DNA of 64,000 nt from Candidatus Eiseniibacteriota bacterium. Its GTDB lineage: Bacteria; Eisenbacteria; RBG-16-71-46; CAIMUX01; VGJL01. The stretch's first letter is position 1. Every line of letters begins with the position of its first letter. Below the pieces are notes generated by a model. That model did no database searches and was not told the origin of the DNA. It saw only the letters and a list, made by a program, of their open reading frames with translations. A program made the position numbers and the translations under genes. The stretch is from the NCBI GenBank assembly GCA_034679345.1, contig JAXDAY010000028.1, positions 71,876 to 135,875 of the forward strand. The letters run 5' to 3'. Below are positions 28,052-38,726 of this stretch, in pieces.

Positions 28052-29038
28052 TCACTTCACCGGGTGCAGCACTCGCTTGTACGCCCTCTTCAGCGTGCCG
28101 TAGAGGAGCGATTCGTGATCCAGTGTCTCGAAAAAGCACTGCTCCGTCCCGAGCCGGCGCTTGTAATCTTCCACGCCCCTCAGGCCGCTGCTCCTGGTCA
28201 GGTCGAAGTATCGGTAGCCGCGCTCCTTCGCAAACTCGATCATCCTCTTCATGCAGAGCTGACTGACCCCGAAGGTGAAGAACTCCCCGTCCGTCGCCCC
28301 GTGCCATGGGACGGTGTGCCGCTGGTGATAGAACGACAGGTATCCGGCTGCCACCCTCCCTTCGGCGACGGCGAGCCAGAGCCGCATCGAAGGGGTCCCG
28401 GCCAAGGTCCGCCAGATCCGTTCGAAGAGCGATAGAGGGTAGCGCGTCGTGGCTCGGCTCCCCCAGCGCGACAGCGACTTCTCGTAGACCTTGTAGTACT
28501 CCATCAGTTCATCGAGTGTGGTCGCCTGCTTGATGACGACCCCCTTCTTCATGGCGACCCGGATCCGCCTTCGCTCGCCCGCTTCCCATGTCGCGGTGAC
28601 ATCGGACGGATCGAGGGATGCAAGATCGATGCGCTGGATGAAGGTGTTGGCCGTTCCGCTCAAGGGAAGCTCATTCTCTGCGAAGGGCGACGGCACGAGC
28701 GATATGTTCAGCCTCCTGAGGAAGGCGCTGATCGCCTGGAGCTGGTGCAGAGGGAGGTGCCGATCCGAAAGCACCCCGGAATAGGTTCCCAGGGGAGAGA
28801 CATAGTGGTCGAACGCGAAGCGGTGGATCCTGCAAAGAGGAACGACCGCGTCGACGAGTCCGTTGTCGGCGTCATCGAAGCGGAACCAGAGCGGGTAGGG
28901 ATCCCCTTTCAGGTACGGCGATATGAGCGCGTACCACTGGGGCGTCTGGTAGAAAGTCGAGGAGGTGTCGAGAGCGCACAACTCACGCCACCGTTCCTCG
29001 GGACAGCGAATCACTGGGTGCATGGTGAACGGCCTCAT
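28052..29038 (-). CDS. FemAB-like / BioF2-like GNAT acyltransferase (Acetyltransf_6 family)
   Basis: Domain-level similarity only (YQTPQWYALISPY..., ...WHGATDGEFF, FDLTRSSGLRGVEDYKRRLG). Start chosen at an ATG preceded by GGAG, 12 nt inside the ORF. Confidence 0.6.
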   Translation of the reverse strand: MRPFTMHPVIRCPEERWRELCALDTSSTFYQTPQWYALISPYLKGDPYPLWFRFDDADNGLVDAVVPLCRIHRFAFDHYVSPLGTYSGVLSDRHLPLHQLQAISAFLRRLNISLVPSPFAENELPLSGTANTFIQRIDLASLDPSDVTATWEAGERRRIRVAMKKGVVIKQATTLDELMEYYKVYEKSLSRWGSRATTRYPLSLFERIWRTLAGTPSMRLWLAVAEGRVAAGYLSFYHQRHTVPWHGATDGEFFTFGVSQLCMKRMIEFAKERGYRYFDLTRSSGLRGVEDYKRRLGTEQCFFETLDHESLLYGTLKRAYKRVLHPVK

Positions 29039-29833
29039 TGCGACTCCCATCGTTGTCTTACAGATTCGATCCGGAGGGGCGGAGGGATGGGATCGAAGCT
29101 GAGAGGCTCCGCGCCTCTAGGCGCCTTCGGAAGCGTGGACGCTTCGAGCCCGTGTCCGGCAGGGGGCGTTCCCGGAGGGCCGGATCGCACGCGGAACAGC
29201 GCGAAATCCCAGTCCAACGAGAGCCGCGGCCCGTGGGGCTTGGACACGCCCGGCGAGACATCCGCCGCGAGGATAACTGCATCTGCGGAACGGCCTTGCC
29301 TGCGGGCTTCATGAATGCCCGTCCGCCGTAGGCCGGGCACACGGCCAGCTTCATAGCACATCAATTGTATAGGACGCGATCGATCGATGTCAACCGCCGC
29401 GGGTTACCTTCTTAGATGGCGTGACAGGCCGCCTGGTCTTCAGGCCTCGTGGCCGCCAGGGCGCGTCACCATTGCTGAGGAGGGACCGCTCAACATCTCT
29501 CCCGCGACCCCCAACTGAAATTGCTGGACCAGGCCGTACCCCTCCCCCGCCGACTATCCGGGGAAGTACGGTCGGTCATCGCCGCGCTTGCGGCAGCGCA
29601 CCATCGCCGCCCGAGGGATCCAGACCCCGCCGGCACGAGGAGGGACGGAGCGTGCACACGAATGCTCTGATCCTCGGACCGCCCGGCCTAAGCGGTGATT
29701 GCGGGGCTCCCGACCCGCTTGGGTGCACGTGTATCAAATCTCCTCCACCAGCGACCTATGGAGTTCCGCCCCTCGAGCGCGCCGGCGGGCATGCGGTCCT
29801 CTCGGGACGGTGGAGATAGGAGGAACCCTGGCC

Positions 29834-31288
29834 ATGAAGCCGCAGACCGTCTTTTTCGTCCTGGTGCTGTCCGTGTTCGTTTCCGGCGCCGCCGTCTCCC
29901 TCGACTTCGGGGCACCGTCGATGGTCACCTTGGTTCAGTCGATCCCGCAGGAGATCGTGGCGGGCGACTTCGATGGGGACGGCCACCTCGACTTCGCCGT
30001 CCAGCACTATATCCCGCCCGGCGCGGGGGACGACATGACCGTGGGGATCCTGATCGGCGATGGCGCTGGCGGCTTCGCCGACGACTTCGCCTTCGGCACC
30101 TCCGGCATGACCACTGACCTCGTCGCCGCCGATTTCGACGAGGACGGCATCGTCGACCTCCTCGTCACCGACGAGGGCAGCGGTCTCGGGGACCCCTGCG
30201 ACGGCGCCGACGCCTTCCCGCTCTTCCTCGGCCTCGGGGATGGAACATTCGAGTACAGCGGCACCTGCCTGGCGACCACCACGGGGACCGACACGGTCGT
30301 CCGCTCCGCCGTCGGCGCCGACTTCAACGGAGACGGACACCAGGATGTCGCCGTCACCCGCTCCGGAAACCTCGGGGCGAACTTCGTCGCCTGCTTCCTC
30401 GGCCGTGGGGACGCCACCTTCGAGGCGCCGCTCTACTGCTCCGTCGGATGGCCGATGGATCTCTCCGCCGCGGATCTCGACGGAGACAGCCATCCCGACC
30501 TCTTGGTCACGACCTACGACGGCCCGCGCGTGCTCCTCGGTCTGGGTGACGGCACCTTCGCGCCGGGTGGCGGCTTGGGAATCCCGGGAAGCCTTCCCCT
30601 CGGTCTCGCGGTCGCGACCTTCGGCCGTCTCGACGGAGACGAGCACATCGACGCGGTCGCGACGGAGTACTACGGCAACGTCCTCTACACATTCCACGGC
30701 CGCGGCGATGGCGCCTTCGACCTCGGGGTCCCGTATGCGGTCGGCGGAGACCCGCGCGACATCCTGGTCGAGGACATCGATCGGGACGGCCACCCCGACA
30801 TCGTCACGGCGAACCAGGCCAGCGGCAGCGTCACCATCCTCCGAGGACGTGGCGACGGAACCTTCCTTGGGGCGCAGGGATATCCTGCCGGCGCGCAGCC
30901 GACGGAGCTCGTGGCCGCTGACTGGAACGAGGACGGCTCTCTGGACCTCGCGGCCACCGACCGCAACTGGGGCGACACTGGGCTCGCGGCGATCCTGCTG
31001 CAGCTCTCCACGCCGGCCGGCGCACAGGACGGCCCTCTCCCCTTTGCCACGCTCGTCCGCGTAGCGCCGAACCCGTTTCGCGGATCGACGGAGATCCGGG
31101 CCGCCGCTCCCCTGGAGGTCGAGATTTTCGATCCCGTGGGTCGCCTCGTCCGCCGTCTGAAGGGAGCGTCCGACCTTCTGTGGGATGGCGCCGATGAGGG
31201 GGGCCGCGTCTCACCGCCCGGTGTTTACCTCTACCGCGCCCGCACGCGCGACGGCGCCGTCACCGGCCGGTTGACCCTGCTCCCCTGA
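29834..31288 (+). CDS. FG-GAP repeat protein with a T9SS-type C-terminal sorting domain
   Basis: ATG at 29834 after GGAGATAGGAGG. Signal peptide. DFDGDGHLD/DFNGDGHQD/DLDGDSHPD repeats. C-terminal PNPFRGSTEIRAAAP...FDPVGRLVRRL...PGVYLYRA. Confidence 0.8.
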   Translation: MKPQTVFFVLVLSVFVSGAAVSLDFGAPSMVTLVQSIPQEIVAGDFDGDGHLDFAVQHYIPPGAGDDMTVGILIGDGAGGFADDFAFGTSGMTTDLVAADFDEDGIVDLLVTDEGSGLGDPCDGADAFPLFLGLGDGTFEYSGTCLATTTGTDTVVRSAVGADFNGDGHQDVAVTRSGNLGANFVACFLGRGDATFEAPLYCSVGWPMDLSAADLDGDSHPDLLVTTYDGPRVLLGLGDGTFAPGGGLGIPGSLPLGLAVATFGRLDGDEHIDAVATEYYGNVLYTFHGRGDGAFDLGVPYAVGGDPRDILVEDIDRDGHPDIVTANQASGSVTILRGRGDGTFLGAQGYPAGAQPTELVAADWNEDGSLDLAATDRNWGDTGLAAILLQLSTPAGAQDGPLPFATLVRVAPNPFRGSTEIRAAAPLEVEIFDPVGRLVRRLKGASDLLWDGADEGGRVSPPGVYLYRARTRDGAVTGRLTLLP

Positions 31289-31408
31289 GCCAGCCTCTGA
31301 CCTCGCGCACCAACAAGACGACAGAGATCAGTGGCGGAGATGATCTGCCCTGCGTTCGTTGGACTTCATTCATACGCGACGCGAGCGTCCGAAGCGTCCG
31401 GCTCCGGC

Positions 31409-33307
31409 CTAGCGAGCGGACGCCCGGACCAGCTCCTCGCCGAGGACATCCGGCGAGGCTCCGGCGAAGTACAAGCGCGCCCAGATCTCCAATCCCACGA
31501 GGCTGAAGAGGAAGTAAGAGTCGCGGCTCAGGTGCTCGCGAACCACGGCGGTCTCCCTCTCGCCCCAGCGGAAGAAGTCGCGAACCATGCCGCCATCGAG
31601 AAGGCTTCCGCTGCGGGCCCACATCGCCTGAGGCAACTCGAAGCCGATCTTGGGCGCGCTCACGATTTCCCGCGGGAGGCGTCTGCGGGCTAGAATCCTG
31701 GAGATCTTCTTGCCCGTCCGCCCATCGAACTTGTAGCGCGGCGGCAAGTGGAGAGCGAAGTCGATCAGATCGTTCTCCAGGTAGGGGACCCGCATCTCGA
31801 TCGATGCCGCGAAACCCATCTTGTTGCGGCTCGCCAGCAACGTCCCCAGGTGGATGTGGAAATCGTCGTAGCAACGGGCGAGGTAAGCCCCCTCGTCGTC
31901 CGGGACGACTTCGCGCAAGCGATCGAAGAACGCAGCTTGACGGACCAGGCGCCGGCCCCCGTCGAGGAGGAAAGCGGCCCGAATCTCCCGCCGCGGGGTG
32001 GACGGATCATCCACGCGGCGGAACGGTTGGCGGGCAAGCTCCGCCAGATCGAGCGGCGCGAGGCGGCGAGCCGCCCTCCCCAGAAGTCTCAGCGGGGCTA
32101 TGTTGGGCCAGAGCGCCGAGTGCCATCGGCGCCTCCGCCACATCCGGTGAGTGGCGGCATGCCATGAATAGCCGCCGAAGATCTCATCGGCGCCCTCGCC
32201 GGCAAGCAGCGTCTTGAATCCATCCTGCCGGGCGGCCCGAGCGATCATGAGGTAGGGAATGTCATTTGCGAAGTAGAGCGGCTGATCGTTGTGGAGCACC
32301 GCGAGGGGCCAGAGGCGGAGGCAATCCTCGAAGCTCACCGGCACGGGGCGAAGCTCGACGCTCAGGTGGCGGCAGACCGCCGTCGCCCGCGCTCTTTCCC
32401 GGCCGCCCACGCCTTCCACATCCGCGACATATCCCACGAGGTCCGGCTTCCTCTCGCGCGCGAGGGAGGCGATCAGCCCGGAGTCGACCCCTCCGCTGCA
32501 GGTCGTCGCCAGAGGGGCGTCGCTGCGGAGGTGAAGCTCCACGCTCCGCGATAGGAGGGTCTCGAGGTCGGAGGCCATGGCCGCCGGCGTGCGCGTCTCG
32601 CGGCGGCGCAAGCGGCGCGTGTCGAGATCGCGGAGGAGATCGAAGTAGGTGATCGTCTCCGTCCGCCCCTGCTCAATGCGAAGGACCGTCCCGGGCGGGA
32701 CCGCCTCGATCCCGTCGAAGAGCGTCCGAGGTCCGTCGAGGCGCTCGTGGTATGCCTGCGCGGCCAGCGACAGCATGTCCGGACGGACGGCGATCCGCGG
32801 GTGGACCAGCAGGGCCTTCGCTTCGGAGGCGAAGGCGATCACGCCGTTCGCGCGCGCGACATAGAGCGGGACGATGCCCGCCCGGTCGCGAGCCAGATAG
32901 AGCGCGCCGGCGGAGCGATCGAAGTAGGCGACAGCGAACATTCCGTCAAGACGCGGGACGGCCGCCACGGGCCCCCAGGCCCGGAGGGCGTTAAAGGTCA
33001 CCTCCGCGTCGGATCCGCCGCGAAAGCGGAATCCCTCGGCCTCGAGCGGCGCTCGAAGCTCGAGATGGTTGTACACTTCGCCGCTCTGGCAGAGAACCGC
33101 CTCGCCGTTCTCGCTCACGAATGGCTGATGGCCCGCCGGGGACAGGTCCAGGATGCTGAGGCGGCAATGACCCAGAGCCACGGGCCCATCGAGCCACGCC
33201 CCCTCGTCATCGGGGCCTCGGTGGCGCAATCTCGCCAACATCGCTTCCAGAATCGTCCGATCGGCCGGTTCCCCATCGAAGTTCCAGAATCCGGCGATTC
33301 CGCACAT
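31409..33307 (-). CDS. asnB: asparagine synthetase (glutamine-hydrolysing)
   Basis: N-terminal MCGIAGFW with the Cys2 nucleophile. Pyrophosphatase motif SGGVDSGLIASLA. 632 aa. Confidence 0.9.
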   Translation of the reverse strand: MCGIAGFWNFDGEPADRTILEAMLARLRHRGPDDEGAWLDGPVALGHCRLSILDLSPAGHQPFVSENGEAVLCQSGEVYNHLELRAPLEAEGFRFRGGSDAEVTFNALRAWGPVAAVPRLDGMFAVAYFDRSAGALYLARDRAGIVPLYVARANGVIAFASEAKALLVHPRIAVRPDMLSLAAQAYHERLDGPRTLFDGIEAVPPGTVLRIEQGRTETITYFDLLRDLDTRRLRRRETRTPAAMASDLETLLSRSVELHLRSDAPLATTCSGGVDSGLIASLARERKPDLVGYVADVEGVGGRERARATAVCRHLSVELRPVPVSFEDCLRLWPLAVLHNDQPLYFANDIPYLMIARAARQDGFKTLLAGEGADEIFGGYSWHAATHRMWRRRRWHSALWPNIAPLRLLGRAARRLAPLDLAELARQPFRRVDDPSTPRREIRAAFLLDGGRRLVRQAAFFDRLREVVPDDEGAYLARCYDDFHIHLGTLLASRNKMGFAASIEMRVPYLENDLIDFALHLPPRYKFDGRTGKKISRILARRRLPREIVSAPKIGFELPQAMWARSGSLLDGGMVRDFFRWGERETAVVREHLSRDSYFLFSLVGLEIWARLYFAGASPDVLGEELVRASAR

Positions 33308-33462
33308 CTTGGACTCCTTCGAAACATTCCGCGCGCAGATCGTTCGAAATCGCGCAGTATCGGCAGATTCCGCAACGCATGCTTCGACGCGATAGACAAT
33401 AGGCTTGAGCCGCGGTCGTCGGAAGAGATAGAATTGATCGGCTTGCGGAACACATAGGTTGG

Positions 33463-34728
33463 ATGTCGTCTCGATCCGATCGCATGAGCGCGAATGGGCC
33501 GCCGGCTCCCAATCCGGCGATTGTGCTCGATCTCGGGGTGAACGGGCTCGGAGTCGTCCGGAGCCTTGGTCGCAAGGGGGTTCGAGTACTCGGAACGCCG
33601 TTCATCGAGCGAGGGGCGGCGCTGCATTCGCGCTACTGCGAGATCGTCGAGTTGCCGAGCGCCGACGAGGACGAGTTCCTGTCGCGCCTTCTGGCGCTCT
33701 GCCGCAGTCTTCCGGCTCCTCCGGTTCTCTATCCGACGAGCGACGAGTCTCTGTCTCTCATCTCGAAGCACGAGGAGCAACTCGCTGAGACGGCGCTCTT
33801 CGTCCTCTCCGAGCGAAAGACGATGCTGGATGTCCTGAACAAGGACACGACCTGGAAGCTCGCTGTGGACTGCGGCATGCGCATCCCTGCGACTTATGTC
33901 GCCGGGTCGTTCAGTCAACTGCGCGAGATTGCCGGCGCGATGCCCTATCCGGTCCTCTTCAAGCCGATGAACCACTACTCCTTCTACCTGCCGGGCCGCG
34001 CCAAGAACCTCGTCTTCCGCAATCCCGACGAGATGACGGCGTACTTCAACGAGCGGCCGGAAGTGGCGTCCAAGGGGGTGTTCCAGGAGATCATCGTCGG
34101 CGGCGACGGCAACATCCTGGTGTGCGCGGCCTACTTCGACAGGGACTCGAAGCCGCTCGCGATCTACACGGGACGCAAGAACCGCCAGCTCCAGCCCGAT
34201 TTCGGCGTCACCTGCTACGGGATCAGCGAGCGTCTCCCCGAGATCGCGGAGCGGACCGTCTGCTGCCTCGAGGGGATTCGCTATAGAGGGCTTGTCGCGG
34301 TCGAATACGTTCGCGAGCTGAGCACGGGACAGATCTACTTTCTCGAGATCAATGGTCGCTCGTACTACCACAACGAGCTCTTCCGCGCGTGCGGCGTCGA
34401 CCTCTCGTGGATCGCATACCTGGACGCCGTCCGGAGTCCGATGCTGGCGCGGGAAATCCACCCCCAGCAGCGGTACGGTCTCAGGTGGCTCGACTTCGCC
34501 CGGGACGCGCGGTCGTTTCGCCAGAAGCATCGGGCCGGGCAGCTCGGCTGGGGGAGCTGGCTCTGGTCGCTCACAAAAGCCCGCTCATTCGCCGTATTCG
34601 CGATGGACGACCTGCGGCCCTTCTGGAACGGCGCCCGGAAACTCGCCTGGCGGCAGGTGGTGAAGGCGGCGAGGCGGGGCCGGGCCAGCCTGCCCGGCGG
34701 AAGAAGCGTCAGCGTGAGACCCGGCTGA
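33463..34728 (+). CDS. ATP-grasp domain protein (carboxylate-amine ligase-like)
   Basis: ATP-grasp layout: YPVLFKPMN, LVAVEYVRELSTGQIYFLEINGR. Confidence 0.7.
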   Translation: MSSRSDRMSANGPPAPNPAIVLDLGVNGLGVVRSLGRKGVRVLGTPFIERGAALHSRYCEIVELPSADEDEFLSRLLALCRSLPAPPVLYPTSDESLSLISKHEEQLAETALFVLSERKTMLDVLNKDTTWKLAVDCGMRIPATYVAGSFSQLREIAGAMPYPVLFKPMNHYSFYLPGRAKNLVFRNPDEMTAYFNERPEVASKGVFQEIIVGGDGNILVCAAYFDRDSKPLAIYTGRKNRQLQPDFGVTCYGISERLPEIAERTVCCLEGIRYRGLVAVEYVRELSTGQIYFLEINGRSYYHNELFRACGVDLSWIAYLDAVRSPMLAREIHPQQRYGLRWLDFARDARSFRQKHRAGQLGWGSWLWSLTKARSFAVFAMDDLRPFWNGARKLAWRQVVKAARRGRASLPGGRSVSVRPG

Positions 34729-36097
34729 TCGCGTACCGGTACTTTCCCGACGGCTCCGCCGAGATCTCGTCCCGCACCTGGACCTCGACCGCGCAATCCT
34801 CGCCCATGGCCCGGCGGATCTTTTCGGCGAGGTCGCGTGCGCGCTCGTGGAATTCGCCGCTCTGCGGCGTGAGCGGAGGTTCCAGGACCAGGTGGATCAC
34901 GACTCGCGACACTTCCTCCTGGATCAGCTGGATCTTCCGGATCCACCCCGCCTTCAAGACGACGCCGACCAGGTGGATGAAGAAGAGGCCCGAGACCAAT
35001 CCGCCGTCGGAACGCAGGAAGGTGTCGGTGACGCGGCCGGTGACCTGCTCGAGGATGGGCCAACCGTTGCGCGAAGCGGGGCAGCTCGCAAAGCGGGCGA
35101 GGTCTCCGATGCGGTACCGGATGAGGGGCATGGCGTAGTTCGTCAGGGAGGTGATGACGACCTCGCCTTCTTCCATCGGCGCCGCGGATGAGCCGTCGCG
35201 GCGCAGGATCTCCACCCATCGAAGGGGAGCGGCCACGACCAATCCCGCCTGCTCCCGGTCCTCGCCTGCGATTCCGCCGAACTCCCTCGCGGCGTAGCGG
35301 TTGAACACCGGGGCGCCGAGGGCGCGTTCGATTGTTTCGCGATGGTGCGGGAGGAGCGAACCCGAGGAGCTCATGATGGAGTCGGGCGCATGGATCGACA
35401 GCTTGGCGCCCGCGACGAAGCAGGAGAATTCGTAGAGGCTGTCGGCGTAGCCGAGAATGTGGCGAGGACGCCACCGGTTGATTCGTTCGCCATATTCCGC
35501 CATCTGCGCGGTCGTCATACGGAAGGAGTTCAGGACGAGCTCGTTCCGGCGCCATCGGTAGAGACGCCGTCTGAGCGGTTCGCGCCCGCCGAGGGTGTCG
35601 CGCTCCGATCCCCAGAGCTTGGCGCGCCGGATGCCCGGGTATGCGCCGATCCACTCGTCGAAGAGACGCTCGATCGCCACCCGCCAGTATCCTTCATCGC
35701 GATCCTGGATGAACTTCACGGGCACGCCGGTCGATCCGCCCGTCGCGTTCAAGATCCAGGATCGCTCGGCGAGATCGTCGGATTGAAGCCGCTCGAACTC
35801 CCGGCGCAGGGTTTCACGTTCCAGGCAGGGGATGTCCGTGATGGACCGGACGCGAACGCGGCCGTCGTCCAGTAAGCCCTGCGCTCGAAACAGGTCGCGG
35901 TAGTAGGGAACATGCCGCGCGGCGTGGTCCAGCAGTCGCTGGAGCATCTCCTCTCTGAGCAGGCGCGAGCCCGCTTCGCCAAGGGTCTGCCAACTCTGCA
36001 GCATCTTCAGGTGTCGCTTCCAGATGCGGCGGAGGCCGAGACTCGAATCGAAGAGGAATCTCCGGATCGCCGGGGCTTTGGATTCCGATGAGTTCAT
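34709..36097 (-). CDS. adenylate-forming enzyme, phenylacetate-CoA ligase/F390-synthetase (CapK)-like
   Basis: NATGGSTGVPVKF (AMP-binding P-loop) and ...GYADSLYEF.... Start at the ATG preceded by AGGGGA (the ORF is also open to 36115). Confidence 0.75.
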   Translation of the reverse strand: MNSSESKAPAIRRFLFDSSLGLRRIWKRHLKMLQSWQTLGEAGSRLLREEMLQRLLDHAARHVPYYRDLFRAQGLLDDGRVRVRSITDIPCLERETLRREFERLQSDDLAERSWILNATGGSTGVPVKFIQDRDEGYWRVAIERLFDEWIGAYPGIRRAKLWGSERDTLGGREPLRRRLYRWRRNELVLNSFRMTTAQMAEYGERINRWRPRHILGYADSLYEFSCFVAGAKLSIHAPDSIMSSSGSLLPHHRETIERALGAPVFNRYAAREFGGIAGEDREQAGLVVAAPLRWVEILRRDGSSAAPMEEGEVVITSLTNYAMPLIRYRIGDLARFASCPASRNGWPILEQVTGRVTDTFLRSDGGLVSGLFFIHLVGVVLKAGWIRKIQLIQEEVSRVVIHLVLEPPLTPQSGEFHERARDLAEKIRRAMGEDCAVEVQVRDEISAEPSGKYRYAISRVSR

Positions 36098-36422
36098 CTC
36101 GATTCGTCCCCTCATCAGAGTCGACGGATTTGATCCGCCGATCCCCCGTGCCGGTGATGCAACCGCTCGGCGTGAGCCGGCCTCGCGGCGCCGATCGAGC
36201 GCGGGCGCCGCTTCCGACCGCGCGCCATGGTATCACGATCTCGACGCGTCCTGCGTTTTGGGTCCAGTCCAAATTGGATCGTTTCGAGTGCGCCACATCG
36301 CCGGCTTCGCTGGTGCGGCGCCCCCGGTTGCGCTAGAATCGTTCCGGCCGAGACGACCGCTCTCGTCGCGATCGAGTTGTGAAGCGCGTGGGATCATCCC
36401 GAGTGAGACGGAGGTACCCTCC

Positions 36423-38654
36423 ATGAAATCGCACTGCCTCGCCCTTGGTCTCTTGCCAATCCTGAGCCTGCTTGCTGCCGCTCCGGGGCTGGCCGACTGC
36501 GTTGACTATGAGGACCACTTTCATCTCGAGGCGTCGCTCGAACTGCCTGGCGCGGCGTTTGGGATCGCAGTGTCGGAGCACTACGCGTATGTGGCCCAGT
36601 CCTCCTGCCTCGGCGGGCAGTCCTGTCTGGACATCGTGGACATCGAGAACCCTGCCGATCCGCGGGGGATCGGACACATCCAGCTTCCGACCTGGGGGGT
36701 GCGAGTCGCCGTCTCCGGAGGATATGCCTACGTCTCCGAGGAGGGGTATCAACAGGAGACGCCCGCTCTCCAGGTGATCGATGTCTCCGACCCTCAGTCG
36801 CCCAAGACCGTCGGAGCCATCGGCCTGCCGCCGGGCGTAGGTGGAATCGCCGTTTCCGGTTCGCATGCGTTTGTAGCGAACGGCGCGCACGGACTCCAGA
36901 TCATCGATGTATCCGATCCGACGCATCCGCGGCGAAGGGCCCGCCTCGAGACCGATGGTTCCGCGTGCGCCGTTGCCTTCCAGCCTGGCGTGCCCGGATC
37001 GAGACCAAGGTATGCCTATGTCGCCGACGGCTACGAGGGGCTGTTGGTGATCGATCTCGCCAGTCTGAGATTCCCCCGGATCGTCGGCCGCGCGGCCCTC
37101 GGCGAATGGGTCTCTGCCTTGGACCTCGTCGTGTTGGGCGACTATGCTTATGTCGCGGGGGATTGTTCCGGGCTCTTCGTGGTCGACATCTCGGTCCCCG
37201 ATCGACCCGAGGTCGTCGGTCAGGTGGACACACCCGGCTGCGCTTACGGGATCGCTGTGGAAGGCTCGCGTGTCTTCATTGCGGACGACGGGTTCGGCTT
37301 TCAAGTGATCGACGTTTCAGATCCCGTGAACCCGCGCATCGCGGGGAGCGTGAACTGCGCATATATGTACGGCTGCACCGTGGTTGGCGACCATGCATTC
37401 ATTGCGGCCTATGAGCGTGGATTGCAGGTCATCGATGTCGCCGGCGAGGAGAGTGTCCAGCCGATCGGCAGTCTGAGGACGATCGGTCAAGCCCAAGGCC
37501 TGACGGTCTCGGGAAGTCACGCCTTTCTCGCCTGCGGAGAACAAGGACTTCAGGTGGTCGATGTCGCCGAGCCAGAACAACCCGCGCTCGTGGGAGGATT
37601 GGACACGCCAGGATGGGCGAGCCGTCCGACCCTCCTGGGAGACTATGTCTGCTTCCCGGATGGGGGGTCGGTGGTGCGAGTGATCGACATCTCGGACCCG
37701 ACCTTGCCGGAGCAAGTCGCGCGGATCGATACCCACAGGGCAGCGGCGGCGGTGGCTGCGAACGAGAGGCACCTGTTTGTGGCCGAGGACTATTACTTCC
37801 AGATCTTCGACCTCCTCCAACCGTGGCTCCCGGTCCTGGTGGGGAATCTGCCGGAGGTCAATGCCGGTCCGATCACGGTCGGGGGTGACTATGTTTATGT
37901 CGCGGGGTGGAACGAGCTACAGGTCATTGATGTCTCGGACCCCAGCAATCCAGTGCAGGTCGCCGAGATCGCGATGTTCGGGACCACCGGTCTCGCTGCC
38001 TCCGGGTCCTATCTCTTCGTGGCGGTAAACTATATGCCCCGGCTCTGCATCGTGGACATCTCGACCCCTTGCGCGCCTCAGATCGTGAGCAGCGTCGATT
38101 CCTCTTATTGGGTGACGGATGTCACCGTCGCCGGGGACATGGTCTATCTGGCCTCGTACGAGGGCGTCCAAGTCGTCGATGTCGAAGACTGCCTGAATCC
38201 TCATACCCTGGGCGGAGGGGACACTGTTGACCTCGCGAACGGCGTGGTGATCGCGAACGGCGTCGCGTATCTCACTTTGTTCGGTCATGGGACCTTCTCC
38301 GGTCTCGTGATCCTTCCGAGTCAGTGCGCGGGTGGAAACCATCTGGAGACATCCGGTGCATCGGATTCGATGCCGGCGGGCGCTGCCTTCCTGCACGTCG
38401 AACCCAACCCGGTCCGACGGGGCGACCCAGTCCGCTTCACGCTCCCGATAGATGGCTTCGAGCAGGCAAGAATCCACGATGCGACCGGACGGCTGGTAAG
38501 ACGTCTGGCGCTCACTCCAATGTCTCTTGCCTCCCAGCGACTCGAGTGGGATGGGAGTGACGAGCATCGTCGCCCTGTCCCCGCAGGGATCTACTTCATC
38601 CGGGTGGACAATCCCCGATGCAGGATGACATCGCGCGTGGTTGTCCTGGACTGA
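36423..38654 (+). CDS. LVIVD-repeat protein with a T9SS-type C-terminal sorting domain
   Basis: ATG at 36423 after GGAGG. Signal peptide MKSHCLALGLLPILSLLAAAPGLA. GLLVIDLAS/GLFVVDISVP/GFQVIDVSDP/GLQVVDVAEP repeats. C-terminal PNPVRRGDPVRFTLP...GIYFIRV. Confidence 0.8.
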   Translation: MKSHCLALGLLPILSLLAAAPGLADCVDYEDHFHLEASLELPGAAFGIAVSEHYAYVAQSSCLGGQSCLDIVDIENPADPRGIGHIQLPTWGVRVAVSGGYAYVSEEGYQQETPALQVIDVSDPQSPKTVGAIGLPPGVGGIAVSGSHAFVANGAHGLQIIDVSDPTHPRRRARLETDGSACAVAFQPGVPGSRPRYAYVADGYEGLLVIDLASLRFPRIVGRAALGEWVSALDLVVLGDYAYVAGDCSGLFVVDISVPDRPEVVGQVDTPGCAYGIAVEGSRVFIADDGFGFQVIDVSDPVNPRIAGSVNCAYMYGCTVVGDHAFIAAYERGLQVIDVAGEESVQPIGSLRTIGQAQGLTVSGSHAFLACGEQGLQVVDVAEPEQPALVGGLDTPGWASRPTLLGDYVCFPDGGSVVRVIDISDPTLPEQVARIDTHRAAAAVAANERHLFVAEDYYFQIFDLLQPWLPVLVGNLPEVNAGPITVGGDYVYVAGWNELQVIDVSDPSNPVQVAEIAMFGTTGLAASGSYLFVAVNYMPRLCIVDISTPCAPQIVSSVDSSYWVTDVTVAGDMVYLASYEGVQVVDVEDCLNPHTLGGGDTVDLANGVVIANGVAYLTLFGHGTFSGLVILPSQCAGGNHLETSGASDSMPAGAAFLHVEPNPVRRGDPVRFTLPIDGFEQARIHDATGRLVRRLALTPMSLASQRLEWDGSDEHRRPVPAGIYFIRVDNPRCRMTSRVVVLD

Positions 38655-38726
38655 CGGGGTGGTGGAGCTGAGGCGACCAGGCGATCACCTTGGGGTCTCT
38701 CATCTGCGCGGGGTCGAACGCGCCGA

